Counted from the first letter of the stretch, positions 46,787 to 60,761 are shown. The stretch is DNA of 64,000 nucleotides from Eukaryota sp. TZLM1-RC (GCA_040285825.1 JAUPSS010000003.1:3100001-3164000), one strand, 5' to 3'. The notes: generated from the letters alone by a model not told the origin. Translations and numbers: made by a program.

Positions 46787-47972
46787 CTCTAACCCACCTA
46801 TTAAAGGCACTGGGGCTATCTCATAAGCCCCCCCTGATTATAACATGAGGGGACTTCTATTAGGTAGGTTTCTGTCAGTCGACGGAAATTCAAATATTTC
46901 AATTTATTAAGACTCTGACTAAATACACCAGCTATTGCACCAGTCATTTAAATTATTAAGTCTGTTGCACCATTTTATCAATCTGTGCACCAGTAAAAAA
47001 ATGCACCAGTGTAATTCACAAAACACCATTTCTATCTGGTACATAACCCACCTTGTGCTTCTTCCTTCATCTAATGTTACAAAAAATGTTTACCTTGGGC
47101 CAAAGAGAAACTTCAAGAGTCGAAGCCATGTACAGTGTGCTCAAAAGATACATCAAAGTAACCAATCTTGACATCGTTGATTTCTCCGCCAGAGCAAAAG
47201 AATTATTTATGAATGTGGTTGAAGAACATCGTATTCAGCGAGAAAGAGATATTGACCTTGCAATAGTTTGCAACGACAGACAGTACCATTTTTTGGAACC
47301 TGTTGTGAACGAAATTCCTAATTCATAAATAAACTAATTCATAATTAGTTACTGATTCATGATGAGCTCAATCACTCTAAAGCACGTGGCAGACCGTTAG
47401 GTTAGACACCCTATTAAGAGACCAAGAGGTAGACCCAAGAAGAACCAGTAATGCAGTTTCTACCTAGATTGTCTACGCAATGCCATCTCGTTCATATTTA
47501 TAGTTTCCTTCACCTTAATAAACCTACTCTATTTTATTAAACATTCTCAACAGCTCGAAAAAAAATTTAAATAGTAAGTGGTTGAAACTAACGAAAAAAT
47601 TTGAATAACTGGTGCAATAGCTGGTGTATTTAGTCAGAGTCTTGATAAATACTGTTTAAAAAAATAAAAACTACTACTAATAATAATAATATAACTATAT
47701 TCCCACAGCAACCAACATTTCTTCTAACTCAGTTTCTTGATCGCTTAAGATTTGTTCATTTTCATATTTTCATATCAATTATATTTTCAAATCAAATGCG
47801 TAATTTAATCTTTCATGTTTCAATTTAATGTTTTGATAGACTGTTAATTTAAGAGTTAGCCCTATTTGGCTTATAATCGGGCGGGGGCTTCTTAATAGGT
47901 TAAAAGCCTCCCTGAAATTTAAGTGGGGGAAAGGCTTGCAATAGGTGGGGGGTTATAATAGGTGTTTTAGAG
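46787..47972. mobile_element. Degenerate pogo/Tigger-like non-autonomous element (outer imperfect TIRs)
   Basis: ta|ctctaa..cacctatta...aagccccc..gattataa on the left is mirrored at 47870-47972. Confidence 0.5.
46902..47650 (+). mobile_element. Deleted MULE-like DNA transposon with about 50-bp TIRs
   Basis: aagactctgactaaatacaccagctattgcaccagt is inverted at both ends. Internal FTLGQRETSRVEAMYSVLKRYI and RGRPKK resemble MULE/FAR1 transposase segments. Confidence 0.75.
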
Positions 47973-48349
47973 CATTTTAATAACAAATGTTGCAAAATAA
48001 TATAATGGAGAATTCTTTTAACAACAGCATGTTAGTCAAGAAATGATGATAATAAAGTCACAATGAAGGGTTTCCAAATCTCAATAGACACCAAGAAACA
48101 TGATCAATGAAGTAATTGGTATTTGTTGGTCAGTTTCAGATGGCTCAGAAGTCACACAATTTGCCTAGTGCCATTTAGGTTCAGTGGTTGTCTCAAATAG
48201 ATCCAAATCATTCACTCTTTAAATTACGGTTTACCTAACTATTTAAACTACTAACTAAATTCACTCTTTAAATTACGGTTATATGTGAAAAAGTTACAGC
48301 AATATGATGGTAAATTGTATGAAAGTTTAGATTGTATGAAAGTTTGTAT

Positions 48350-51305
48350 TGCGAAATTAGACTCGGCTTGGCCAAAAAAAGAAAATTTCGCTTTCTCAAA
48401 TTTTGTAGGGACATTCGTTATAGTACGGCTGATGTTTCAGTTACTCATGTTTGTTCATATTTATTACATTTATTTTTATTGCTACATATTCACTGGTAAA
48501 TGAACAAATCTATAACCATTACGACAATAGAATGAGACCTTTACTGTGGTATTTTTATTATAATTTTCATATAATGTCATATCATTCAAAGTTTATCTCA
48601 ATAATGAAAGAAAAAAATGTAGTGTTCTATACCTATCCTATACTCAAAAGCTTCAATTTCGTGTACTTCAAACCTGCTTTCAGGACCCACGATATCCAAC
48701 AGCTCCCAAATTGTCAATCAAAGCTTAGATTATGAGGTAAGACTTGACTTAGTCAAAACTGAAAATCCCTCTTTTGGAAATTTTTTAAAGGACATTCGTA
48801 ATAGTTCTGCTGCTGCTTTAGTTACTCAAATTCCTTCTGTTGATGGACTTCTTTTAAAAAACAATGAATGGCTTTTAAACATTGTTTTCGTTGTTTTCTA
48901 TGGCCAAACAATTTGCCCCATCAATTAACATGTAAATCAGGTAAACCTTTTTTGTTTACTCATCTTTTGAACTGTATGCATTTTATTAGATTTTGAAGTG
49001 AAGTACATAATAATGGCAGGCACCAAAATTCAGTCATGTGCAAAGCATATCGAGTAGATTCCTTTTTAGAACCAAAAGCTAAATTAATTTTTAGCTAAAT
49101 TAATTGTTGAAGACCCCAACATTGAATAGTACGCGTTACAATAGAGCATCTATGGGTGTCATCAGAAGGGATTAAAGTGTTTCTAGCGTAAGTGGAAGCT
49201 TCAAATTCAGTTGTCTGTCAACACACAGCCAAACAACTAAAAATCTACATCCTCAAAGAATGACCCTTGTTTAACAACAGAACAAGCGTTAATAACAAAA
49301 ATGAGATTATATTTGATTCCAATTGACCAACTTTTCATAAAAGAAGACAGTATTTGTTCGAATTCGCGAAGCTCAGCTTCAATTTTTTCATATTTAACTT
49401 GTAGTTCTGATGGTATTAGAGACACTGTTTTTAATGAGGCAAGAGATGTAAAAATTACGTGAATCAAAGAGCCTCTGCTGAGAGCAATGCTGTCGTTGAG
49501 TAGTTTTGGTTCTGATGATAGAGGTGATGTATACTGTGATTGGATCGATAACTCTGAAGCTGTTGTTGAATTTGTCTCCTGTACTGTTGCAAACTGTTGT
49601 ATTGTTTTTGCAGAATTTTCAATGAATTAAGAACAAAATTTTTGGCTAATTTGCTTGACATTGATTCTTCTTATTTTCGCAGTCATATTTTTTGTAGCAC
49701 AGAATTGGCAGGCCTGGATTTTCACAAATCAAAATATTTGTGTAAAGTTGCATGTATCGGTGGAGGCAAAAATTTCGTTTTTGAATTTTTGAAACGTTTT
49801 CCTGAAAACCAACATTTAATAGAATGTTGTGTTAGTGACTATTTAGTGTCCTTGCAGAATGAAATTGAATGCATCTCTCCTCACATATGGTCCAATTGCT
49901 TTCCTGCTGATATTCAAGAAATTCCACCCATGAGTTTGATTTCCTTGAAATTTGCATAGGCTAAATTGCAGAAAAAGATATTAAAAGTTTTTGAAAACTT
50001 GGATTTCACTGTTCGTCTTAGCTTGGCTAAAGAAAAAAATCCCGTTTTTGCAAACTTTTTAATTGATCTTAAGGAAAGTAGCTCAAGTTGTCTCATTTCC
50101 CAGATTCCAAATGTATATGGATTATTATTAAATGATTATCAATGGACAACTGCCTTCAGGATGAGGTGTTTTCTGTGGCCATGTAGTGTGCCAAATGATT
50201 TGATTTGTCGTTGTGGTCAGCTCATCAATCTGAATCATGTATTTAATTGCAAATTTAATATTACATATCGCTCAGTTGTTCACGATGCTGTTAGAGACCA
50301 ACTATATGCTATGTGCAAAAGTCTTCACATTGAAGCTTTTGTTGAACCACTTGTGCGAATGTTGTCATCTGAAAATGAAGACGAAAATACTTTTGGGAAA
50401 CGCCGTGCTGATTTAATTACCCCTGGGTCTGATGGTGTGATCAATGTTGTTGATGTTGTCACTGTTGATTTTTGTAAGGACTCAGCAATTGCTTTTGCTA
50501 AAAAGGATGAAACTCCACTTTGCTTTGCTGAAAAGAGCAAAATCAAAAAGTACAATGAACCCTTATCTCAGCTAGGATGTGTTGAGCATGTCAAGTATCA
50601 GCTGGTTCTTTTTGGTAACAGTGGAATATCTGGCATTAAATTTCTCGAAGGTTTCAGAAGTTTAATAAAAGAAAGAGCAGGAAAAGAATTGAACTTCAGT
50701 TTCTGGCACAATAGAATTGTTTTTAGTATTCTTAAAGCAATTTCAGAAATGTTGACCAAAGCACTGTTACAATTAGGATTAGAGTATGAAAATCGCGCGC
50801 TTAAAAGCTTTGATGATGTTGATGCGTGTATTGAGGATACTGAGTTCTAGTTTTTTTGTTTAATGTTTTGTTAGCGTTGAAAATGAATTTCAATTGTAAA
50901 AAAAACTGTTGCAAATGATATTTTGGTTCAAAGAAGAAAACCTAATCCTGTAGATGCTCTTGAATTTAAAGCCAAAGAAAAACATAGAAAATATGACATA
51001 GATATCGAAGAAGCTAATGCTGATAGAAATAGACCCCTTGTTTTTATTGCTTTCCCATTTTCTATAAACGGAAGACCATCAGTAGAAGCAGGAACTTTTT
51101 TGAATGATTTCCAAAAAATAGTTCAACAAAAAACAATGAAAAGATTTGATATCTTTTTATGGCGCTCTCGAATTCAATTTGCCATTATTAATAGATTGGC
51201 TCGGTTTTTCAATCGAATTAGAGAAGCTTTAGCTAGACATCCAGCAGATCAAGATTTTGTAGAGGAAATTTTGGTTCACTGAATTTCGTCCCATTAGTTA
51301 TGAGT
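48350..51305 (+). mobile_element. Cluster of non-LTR fragments: family A (ORF 49966-50850, CCHC + RLE) followed by a family B 3' end (50905-51305)
   Basis: CRC..HVFNC; HDAVRD; EP; RRAD; KIKKY; WHNRIVFS; family B C-terminus. Includes a short inverted piece at about 49240-49400. Confidence 0.85.
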
Positions 51306-51527
51306 ATATTTTGTGAAGTTCGCCTTGGCAACTGGAAGTTCATTAAATAATTTTTTTGACAAACAGCCACTTCTGTTTCAATGATCCTTGATTGTGACTA
51401 CGAGTGCGAACTTTATAGTTCACCATCTTTGACAACTAGCAGTTCTGAAACACATTAATTTCACCATTCGCACTGATATCCGACAGCCGATACCTCACAA
51501 GGACAATGATATACACCTTATTGAATC

Positions 51528-52311
51528 ATGTCCATTTTTGATCCTTATCGTGAAAAGGACAATGGGATCGTGCCACCATGGATCTTTATATTACAGGTTT
51601 GTCTTTTCTACATGTTGATTTCAGACCCTCAATCTAATTCAACTTATCGTCTTTGGGGGTGTTATTGCTGGCAACACTTACATTGCGATATCACTCATCA
51701 CATTACTAGCATCTGCTCATGCGGCTTATTATATCTTTATTGCAGTCAACTCGGTTGTGGTTATTCTGATGTACTACACACATTGGTATTTCTATTTTAA
51801 TGCAAGACGTTTCTGGAACACTTACGATTGGGATTTCTACCTAATAAGCCCTCTTTTGGTTAAAATACTGTTCTTCATTGGCTCCTTTCTTATTCCACTC
51901 CTAGTTTACCCTTTTCTAATCCTAGCCTCCATATTTGATGAAGTGACTTATCCCACGGCTAATGAAACATTTGCTACACTGTTTTTTGTAGGTAACTTGC
52001 CCCAAACATTCATTGTTACTACCATACTAACACGAGCTTACATCTATGGAACAGGAAGCAGGCGGTTGACAACTTATCTTTCAGTTGTGTGGAAGAACAT
52101 TTTAGCTTTCATATATGGAACTTTTCTTTTAATTTATGGAATCTTTACTTGGATATGGGATCTGGATGTGCAAGAGGAAGAAACGACTGAGTTTGTGATT
52201 GCTTCTATAGCCCAATATATTGTGTGGTTATCATTGTTTGCCTGGCATGCAACTTTCTTTGTAGAATTGAGTAGACTAGACGCTGACAAGAGGGGCAGAT
52301 TGAGGGATTAG
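51528..52311 (+). CDS. Multi-pass membrane protein of unknown function (paralog 1); intron 51597-51624
   Basis: The spliced frame aligns end-to-end with the gene at 53969-54750 (-), including DNGIVPPWI and ELSR.DADK.GRLR. Confidence 0.85.
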
Positions 52312-52584
52312 TAAGTTTAGCGAAACATTGTTAGTATCGATCAAGTTAAAATCAGTGTTTATCGCTATATATAATTATAGAAAAACATACAATTCTATGG
52401 GTTAAAACATTTCAATAGAAAACTTCTCTGCTAATTATTATGGATACAATTTAACTAGAATTTTTATTAGAGAACTTTTGTAAACAAAGAATATCATAAT
52501 AATCATACCTTCACTAATTCTTTCTTGAATTCCGGAATCTGATTTTTGGATCTCTAGAAAATTTGATAATTTCAATGAACATTG

Positions 52585-53105
52585 TCATTGAATAATCTTG
52601 GTTCTGATGATGGAGGTGATGTATACTGTGATTGGATTGAGAACTCTGAAACTGTTGTTGACTTTTTCTCCTGTAATGTTGCAAATGACACTTTGGTCCA
52701 AAGAAGAAAACTTAATCTTGTAAGTGCTCTGGATTTTAAAGCAAAAGAAAAACATTGAAAATATGACATATATATCGAAGAAGCTAATGTTGATAGAAAA
52801 AAACCACTTGTTTTTATTGCTTTCCCATTTTCGATAAACGGAAGACTATCAGTAGAACAGGAACTTTTTTGAATGATTTCCAAAAAATGGTTCAACGAAA
52901 AACAATGAAAAGATTTGATATCTTTTTATGGCGCTCTCGAATTCAATTTGCCATAATTAATAAATTACCTCGGTTTTTCAATCGAATCAGAGAAGCTTTA
53001 GCTAGACAGCAAGCAGATCAAGATTTTGTAGATGAAATCTTGGTTCAATGAATTTCGTCCCATTAGTTATGATTTTATTTTGTCAAGTGTGTAAGTTTAA
53101 TAAAA
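52585..53105 (+). mobile_element. Non-LTR family B 3' fragment
   Basis: GSDD.GDVYCDWI...EILVQ* plus 3' UTR. Confidence 0.85.
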
Positions 53106-53179
53106 GTCAATTTTTGTAGAAAATTACAATAGTTTTTTTATTTTTTATATATATATTTATTTATTTCAATAAAAAACAA

Positions 53180-53790
53180 ACTATACCACAAGGTTAAAAT
53201 TCTATATCTTCATTATTGACTGGAGGTTTTTCTTTCATAAATGCGTCCAAGAGATAACAAAGCTGAAGATGATAAGACAACACCTTGGAAAATTGAAAAT
53301 ACAACTCTGTCTTGCCAAAAACTCTGGTCAAAAACCATTTTTCACAATTTCAACAAAATCATCCAGAAAAGATAAAACAAGAGGTCCAAGCATGCCATGA
53401 AGGGGAACTGCAAAAGGGCAGAGGACATAATGAGTATGCGATTCTGCATTCAAGGATAACAATTTTGCTTTATATTTGTCAATTTTGGCTTTTTCGGACA
53501 CAGTTAAGGGATCCTTACATTTTGAGTGAGCCATTGGTATAAAACAATCATTACACACATCAGTGGATCTCACATCCGTAATAATGGTAGTACCTTCAAG
53601 CATTAAATCACCTCTATTTCGACCAAACGAAATCAAAGTATCTTCATCAACCAAACGGGAAAGTAATGGTTCTAAATAGGAAACAATTCTATGTGAGTTT
53701 GACATACAATAGAGTTGATCTCTTGCTGCATCATGAACTTTTGATCGGAAAGTAATAGAATGTTTACAATTGAATCAATGATTTGGAGAA
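53180..53790 (-). mobile_element. Non-LTR family A-related RLE fragment
   Basis: HDAARDQLYCM; LEPLL; RGD; DVRS; KIDKY; WQDRVVFSIF. Confidence 0.8.
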
Positions 53791-53968
53791 ATTTACAATA
53801 CTCAATTACAAAAACCTCAATCAAATCCTTTTATTCCAAATTTTTGAGGTCCGAATCAATATTGAAATAATGGATTGGATGTTTTGATAATAATAAGTGT
53901 ACAATGTACCCTTTATAACACTAAAAAATGTAGTAACAAACTCATCAAGATGGTGATAACACATCAAA

Positions 53969-54750
53969 CTATCTTAGTCGCCCTTCCTTATCAGCATCAA
54001 TTCTGCTTAATTCTTCAAAGAATGAAGCATGCCAAGCAAATAATGCTAACCAGAACAGCCACTGTGCTATAGAAGCAAGAACAAACTCAGTCATCTGATT
54101 CTCCTGATCATCCAAAGGCCAAACCCAAGTCATTATTAAATAGGTAATGAAGAAGACAGTGAAAACGATACCAAGAATAACTTTACACAACACAGATGGA
54201 TAAGTGGTAATTCTGGAACTTCCACTGTTCCATCTATAGACACGGAGAAGTAATAGGGTAGTGATGATGACTTGAAGTAGATTACCTGCGAAGAAAATAA
54301 TCAGAAATGCTTCATTAGTCGAACCATAATCAACCACATTCCATATAGACCATAGGATCAAGAAAGGGTAAAATAATAGAGGAATGATTAATTGAGATAA
54401 ACCAAACAAAATCTTGAAAAATGTGGAATTCCAAATGTAAAAATCCCAATCGTATCTATCCCAAAAACGTTTAGCATTGAAGTAAAAATACAAATGAGTA
54501 TACAACATCAGTAACACTACTATCGAATTCACTATGAGGAAGATCCAATAGGCAGCATAAGCAGAAGCTAACAATTGTATGAGAGAAATGGCAATAAACG
54601 CATTACGTACAGTTGTGCCAAAAATTATGGCTTGCAAAAGATTCAAAGTCTCAAGTTAAAGATTTGGGGAATTTGACATACTTGTAGAATTAGGATCCAA
54701 GGGGGAACGATGCCATTATCCTTATCTCGATATGAATCAAGCCACGACAT
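53969..54750 (-). CDS. Multi-pass membrane protein (paralog 2); intron 54650-54681
   Basis: Same intron position as the 51528-52311 gene and high protein similarity to it. Confidence 0.85.
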
Positions 54751-54995
54751 AGCAACCTGTAAAAATTGCTGGATAAGTGAAGACAAGCTAAATAGGGGAA
54801 ATGATACCAGGTTTGTTTGCCAAGACCTTATTATTGTGATTCATAATAGCCTGTTACCATGAACTTATTTCTTATAGACCGTGCAGAAAATATCAATTCA
54901 ATTATGGTTTGTGGGAGTCTTGAAAAGTCTTCTGATCTTTGAACCTTTAACTAACATTACAAACAGGTACTTAATCTCATCTTCATCTACAAAAC

Positions 54996-56293
54996 ATGAC
55001 TCTTGAAACAATTTTCTCAGAAGTACCTTTAGCTCCCCCTGACAAGATTCTCAATCTTGTTCAAGAATACAAGGCTGATCCCGATTCCCGTAAAGTCAAT
55101 GTGTCAGTTGGAGCTTTCCGTGACGACAACGGTTCCCCTGTTGTTCTTGATGTAGTGCGTGATGTTGAGCGTGATCTAGTTGAAGCAAAGCCATTCTTTG
55201 AATATTCCCCCATCGACGGAACTCCTGCTTTCCAGAAGCACGCTGCTGAATTGTTGTTTGGAGCTGAATGTCCTTTGAGAGCTGCTGGACGTGTTGTCAC
55301 CATTCAGACTGTTGCTGGTTCTGGTGCCCTTGCTGTTGGTTTTGAATTTATCAGAAAGTTCCTTCCTGGCAGAAAGATCTACACTTCCACTCCTACATGG
55401 CCCAACCAGTTTGTACTACTCTAAGTCACTTATTTCAGCATCGCCATGCTTGAAGCACGCTTCCCTGCTGAGCAACTCCAAAAGTACCGTTATTTCGATG
55501 AAAACACCAAACTTCTCGACTTTGATGGTATGATGGCCGATCTCCGCCAAGCTCCTGAAGGGTCTGTAGTTTTAATGCAACCCATCTGTCACAACCCTAC
55601 TGGTGTCGATCCCAATAGAGAGCAATGGAAGGAAATCACTCAGCTCTGCATTGACCGCAAGCTCATTGTTTTCCAAGATTGTGCCTACCAAGGATTCGGA
55701 TCAGGAGACCTTGATGAAGATGCTTGGACTGTTCGTTACATGGCACAGCAAGCTGTAGAACATGGACTTGAAATGATCTGCTCCTACTCTTTCTCTAAGA
55801 ATTTGGGATTGTATGGACATCGTATTGGCCAACTGAGCATCTGCTGTGGTAGTCCTGAGGTCGCTGAACCAGTTCGCTCTCAATTAAAACGCATTGTTAG
55901 AACTATGTACTCTAGGTTTGTAACATTGGGTACGATTCTCATTACAGCCCCCCTGTTCAAGGCGAACGTCTTGTTGTAGGTGTTCTTTCAGACTCCAAAA
56001 AGTATCAACAATGGAAGGAACAATTGAAGACCATGACCGAGCGCATTTTGGTCACAAGAAGAGCACTTTATGATGCTCTCGTCGCTAACAACACCCCCGG
56101 TAACTGGGAACATATCGTGAAACAAGCCGGTATGTTTTCCTTTACTGGATTGAATGCTGAGCAGTCCGCTAAGCTGAAGAAGGACCATCATATCTATTTG
56201 ACTGGTAATGGAAGAATCTCTATCTGTGGAATCAATCCTTCCAATGTTCAGTATGTCGCTGACTGTATTAAGCAAGTTGTAACTGAAAACTAA
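54996..56293 (+). CDS. Aspartate aminotransferase (class I); introns 55409-55438 and 55916-55947
   Basis: VGAFRD; PTWPN|H; CHNPTGVD; DCAYQGF; SFSKNLGLYGHR (PLP lysine); QAGMFSFTG; GRISIC. Confidence 0.96.
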
Positions 56294-56501
56294 CTTTCAC
56301 TGTTTAGTAAGTATTTGTAAAAAATAAACTGTTTATTGGATAATTGAGATTTAAGTCACCAATAATCATTGAATAGATGATTAAAAATTTTGCAACTATC
56401 TTTGAGAAAATGTAGATAAAAGTAAAAGAAAGTTGCAACATCAAGAAAGGTTCAACATCAAGTTGTAAAAGAGTCCATCAGATCAAAAAGACTAACAAAT
56501 T

Positions 56502-57153
56502 CTATCGTTCATGTATTTTGCGTGGAAGTCGGCGCTTTTCGGATGAGATTCTCCTCTTTTCTCGCTTTTTAAGTGCCTTATCATAAGTACCTTGTTCTTG
56601 CAATCGTGATTTTTCCTTTTCCATAACCAATCTATGGACTTGAGAACGTTTTAAATAGCTACGTTTGCCATCAGGACGATCCATTTGAGACCTTTTGTGC
56701 TCTGTAAGAACTGCAATAGTATCCCGTTCTCTGAGGCGACGTGATTGTTCGCCTTTCAAATTGCCAAGGGTTTCAGTAACTGCACGATAGGCCACAGTTC
56801 CGGCTTTGAGTTTTTTTCGTTTGAGTTCCAGTTCCTGGATTTCCTTCGCACGATTATCATCAACAAAAGAATATTCTTCGTTGAAGAGGCGTGCATCAAA
56901 ATCTCCACATAGAGGATCAAAACGTGGATCTCTGGACTTTTTACGTTTCAAGGAAGGGTCAAAGAGTGCTTCACGTACACGAGAGGGGCGTTTGCGAGAA
57001 GAAAGTTCAACAGGACTAAGATTAAATGTTTGAGAAGAGCACAAACGCTTGATTTTTGCGTTTGGGTTTGGATCTGTGAGAGGAAGAATGGTTTTCGATT
57101 TGGGAATCAGAATGGACTTCTGAAGAAGAGTCGTACTCAGAGGATGAACTCAT
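56502..57153 (-). CDS. RRP36: rRNA biogenesis protein RRP36; intron 57016-57046
   Basis: A|PVELSSRK; RDPRFDPLCG; F.EEYSF; YLKRS. Confidence 0.85.
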
Positions 57154-57235
57154 TAGATAAAGAGGAAATGGCAAATCGCCACGTCACACACACTAACACA
57201 CTTTTTCCACACACTTCCACAATAAAGCTTACCCA

Positions 57236-57909
57236 ATGGCTCAACCTCAAGTTCCCACTGTAAGTCACACTGTTTTGTCTCACTGTAGTTTAAACTAGTT
57301 CTTGTCGGTGATGGTGGTGTCGGTAAAACCACTTTTGTTACCAGACATATCACCGGAGAGTTCGAGAAGAAGTACATAGCAACTCTTGGTGTTCAAGTTC
57401 GATCACTTCCATTCGACACCAACCGTGGACGCATCGTTTTCAATGTGTGGGATACTGCTGGTCAAGAAAAGTTTGGAGGTCTCCGTGATGGATACTATGT
57501 CGGTGGTCAATGTGCCATAATCATGTTTGACGTTACCGCACGTATGACATATAAGAATGTTCAAACTTGGTATCGTGACCTTGTCCGGGTTACTGGAGAC
57601 GGAATACCTATTGTTCTTGTTGGAAATAAGTGTGATGTCAAGGAACGTCGTGTGAAGCCCAAACAAATTACCTTCCATCGCAGACGCAATCTCCAATACT
57701 ATGACATTTCAGCCAAGTCTAACTACAATTTTGAAAAACCTTTCCTCTACATCATGAAGAAACTCACAGGAGATCCTAATCTTCATCTCACTGCTGAAAT
57801 TGCTGTCAAGCCACAGGAAGCTGTCATGGATCCTCAAATGGCTCAACAATACGAACAAGAACTTCAAGCAGCACAAACAGCAGAACTACCAGAAGATGAT
57901 GAATTTTAG
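57236..57909 (+). CDS. RAN: Ran GTPase; intron 57260-57288
   Basis: GDGGVGKTT; [17 protein letters not shown]; NKCD; [12 protein letters not shown]; acidic tail PEDDEF. Confidence 0.98.
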
Positions 57910-58344
57910 TTACTTTAATAAATAGTGTAGTCATTTTTACCATTCATATTTTTTAATTCCAGTATCGTCGATCTTGTTTATTTCAAAATAATCTGAGTTA
58001 CAATGTGATTTCTCAAGTTTTGATATCCAAAACTCATACATTCGTTTTGTGTTCATGAAGCGTAAAATGACCCACTTAATGACTTAACTCTTAAAATTTG
58101 ACAGGAGAGTGAATATAATTGGACCTCAGTATCCAAAATGTTTTTGGTATCCAAAATGTTTAAAAAGCAACAGTTGGTAACAAAATCAATAGAAATAATG
58201 CAAATAATGTTGGGTGCCAAAAATATTGGGCCATTTGGGTGATCAGAAAAAAATCCCCCAATTAATAGACATCCAACTATTTCGTCTAGTTCTGACATTC
58301 CCAAAAATAAACACATCATCAATAGAAAATTATCAACCAGAAAA

Positions 58345-58418
58345 TGCTCCCTCCCGGATTTGAACCGGGGACCTTACGATCTTCAGTCGTACGCTCTAAC
58401 CATCTGAGCTAAGAGAGC
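58345..58418 (-). tRNA. tRNA-Phe (anticodon GAA)
   Basis: Reverse complement GCTCTCT...TACGA-CTGAAGA-TCGTA...CCCGG-TTCAAAT-CCGGG-AGGGAGC-A, followed by TTTT. Confidence 0.95.
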
Positions 58419-58629
58419 AACTGCAATCATTTGTTCAGTGAATTTTACGAAAAGACATTGTTTGCAAAAATGTGTTGTCGCCCATATTTATCACTTGTCC
58501 AGATTTGACCTACATTTCGTAGTACAGAATATGTTAACACAAAACATTGTCGACCAAATACAGATTTGAAGGTCTTAAAATACACACATAATTGTTATTA
58601 TAATGTTTACGGGATTTCAAAATACTATG

Positions 58630-60490
58630 CTTGATTGATGTTCGATATTTCTACTTGTTTTACGGTAAATCCAGTAAATTTGTGTATGATGTATTTTCTT
58701 TAAAGTCTTCATCTGATGTAAAGCAAGGGGATCCTTTGGACCCATTATTATTTTGTACTGCAATTCAAAAATCTTTAATCGCAATTAATGAGAAATACCC
58801 TTCTCTAAAAATTGTAGGTTATATGGATGACATCTCCCGTATTGGTCCTTTTGATGTTGTCCAAAAAGCTTCAATTGAAATTGCTTCACAATAGGAAGTC
58901 ATTGGTCTTCACTTGAATACCGGAAAATGTTTATTAATTGGTAATGAATTCAAAGAGTTTGAAATTACTAATGGTAAAATTCCTTTTACCAATTATTCTC
59001 ACAAAGCTTTTCGTTTTTTAGGTTGTTGGTTAAGAAATGTTGATGAATTAACTAAACATCTCATGAAATTGCTGAAAGACTTGGTAATGAGCTTCAATCC
59101 ATTTCTGACTTAGAAATAGCGAAACATATCAAATTTTTTATTTTGAAAATTTGTTACTCCGGAAAAATTACTCCCCTTTTGAAGTCGACAGCACCGTCTT
59201 TGTCTATTGATTTTTGCCAATCATTTAATCAACTTCGTGCAAATATTTTGCTTCCCTATAAGAAGTTTATCCTGAGTTAATTCGACCCCACTTGTCCTCA
59301 TCTTCACAATTTGGTGGTGTTGGCTTTACCAAATCTTAAATTCTTTGTCAAGTTTTTTTGCTGGTGGTGAAACAAATGATATTTTTGAATTTCTCAATCC
59401 TTGCCCCTGAAGATAGTCATTTGCTTTATCCTTCATTTTCCAAATATTTGTATGACCTTGATGTTGCTATTAATAAAATTGCACCAGCAATTGGTGTCTA
59501 TTTTTATACAACTCGGTTCAAGAGATTCCTCCACGAAATTTAGTTAATTTAAGGTATTGTGTAAAAAAGCTTCAACAAAAACTGACAGTAATATTTGAAG
59601 GGCTTTCAATGAAGGCTTGGATCATGATGTACGTCTTGGCATGGCCAAACAAAAAAAATCCCGCTTTTGCAAATTTTTTACTGAATGTTTGTGATAGTTC
59701 TGCGTCTTGTTTAAATCATCAATTACCAAATTTATGGTTTGTTTTTAGATGACCCTTGCTCTTCATTAACTATTTACTTTTTACTTCAATCTTTTATTTG
59801 GCCTGATAATCTTCCCCATGGATCAATTTGCAAATGGGGATAGACTGTCACTCCAACTTATTTATTTAATTGTAATCATTTTATTACTTTTATATCAAAA
59901 TTGCATGATGCAGTTCGTGACCAGCTCTATTGTATGTTTAAATCTTACAAAATCCAATCCTTTTTAGAACCTTTGCTTTCAGATTAGGCTGATGAAGCTG
60001 ACAAAAATTCTTTTGGTGATTGCTGCGGTGATGTGCTAGTTCCCGGTCTTGATGGATCAATGATCATTATTGACGTCAGATCTACTCATGTATCAAACAG
60101 CTCAAATGAAAAATTGACAGCATCTTTTAACTCACCTTTCCGTAGAGCTGAAGAAGCGAAAATTATCAAGTATGCTGAAAAAAATCAATAATCTGAATTC
60201 CAACTTACATACTCAATATCTTCTTTGTCCTTTTGCTTTTTCTTTATTTGAAACCTTGGGTAAAACTGCGTTATCTTTTATAGACGACTTTTCATCTATT
60301 GTCAAAAAGAGAATTGGAAGAATATTTGACCGAACCTTTTGGCAAAATAGAATTGTATTTTCTATTTTTAATAGAATGCATAGCCTTGTTTCTAGCTCGT
60401 AGTCATCACTAGGAAGATTTTATAAAGAAAATGCTCTGGGTAAATTTTCATTGGTAGATGTGAAGTTTGAGGAAATTGATTACGTTTTGA
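58630..60490 (+). mobile_element. Non-LTR family A (RT + RLE), decayed
   Basis: VKQGDPL.PLLF; YMDDI; FLGCWL; HDAVRD; WQNRIVFSIF. Confidence 0.88.
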
Positions 60491-60761
60491 CACAAATCCC
60501 ATAACGTTCGGAAGTTGGGTGGTTGTTATCCTGTGAAAAATTGTATATATAACAACATGTTGCAAAAAGTAAGTGCTATATTAAGAGCAATTAAGAGTAA
60601 TGAAATGTGGGTTGTGTGTAATTTGATTGATTTAAAACAATTTATTTATTAAATTTCTGTTGAGTTTCCAAAAATATTATGTAACACTCTCAACAAGTGA
60701 TTATATATTCACTCAGTAGAATCTGAAACAGAATCCTTATATCGCACAACATTAGAGACTA

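Noticed and set aside
48210-48281. Direct repeat attcactctt(t)aaattacggtt
   Set aside because: Only two copies; most simply a local duplication.
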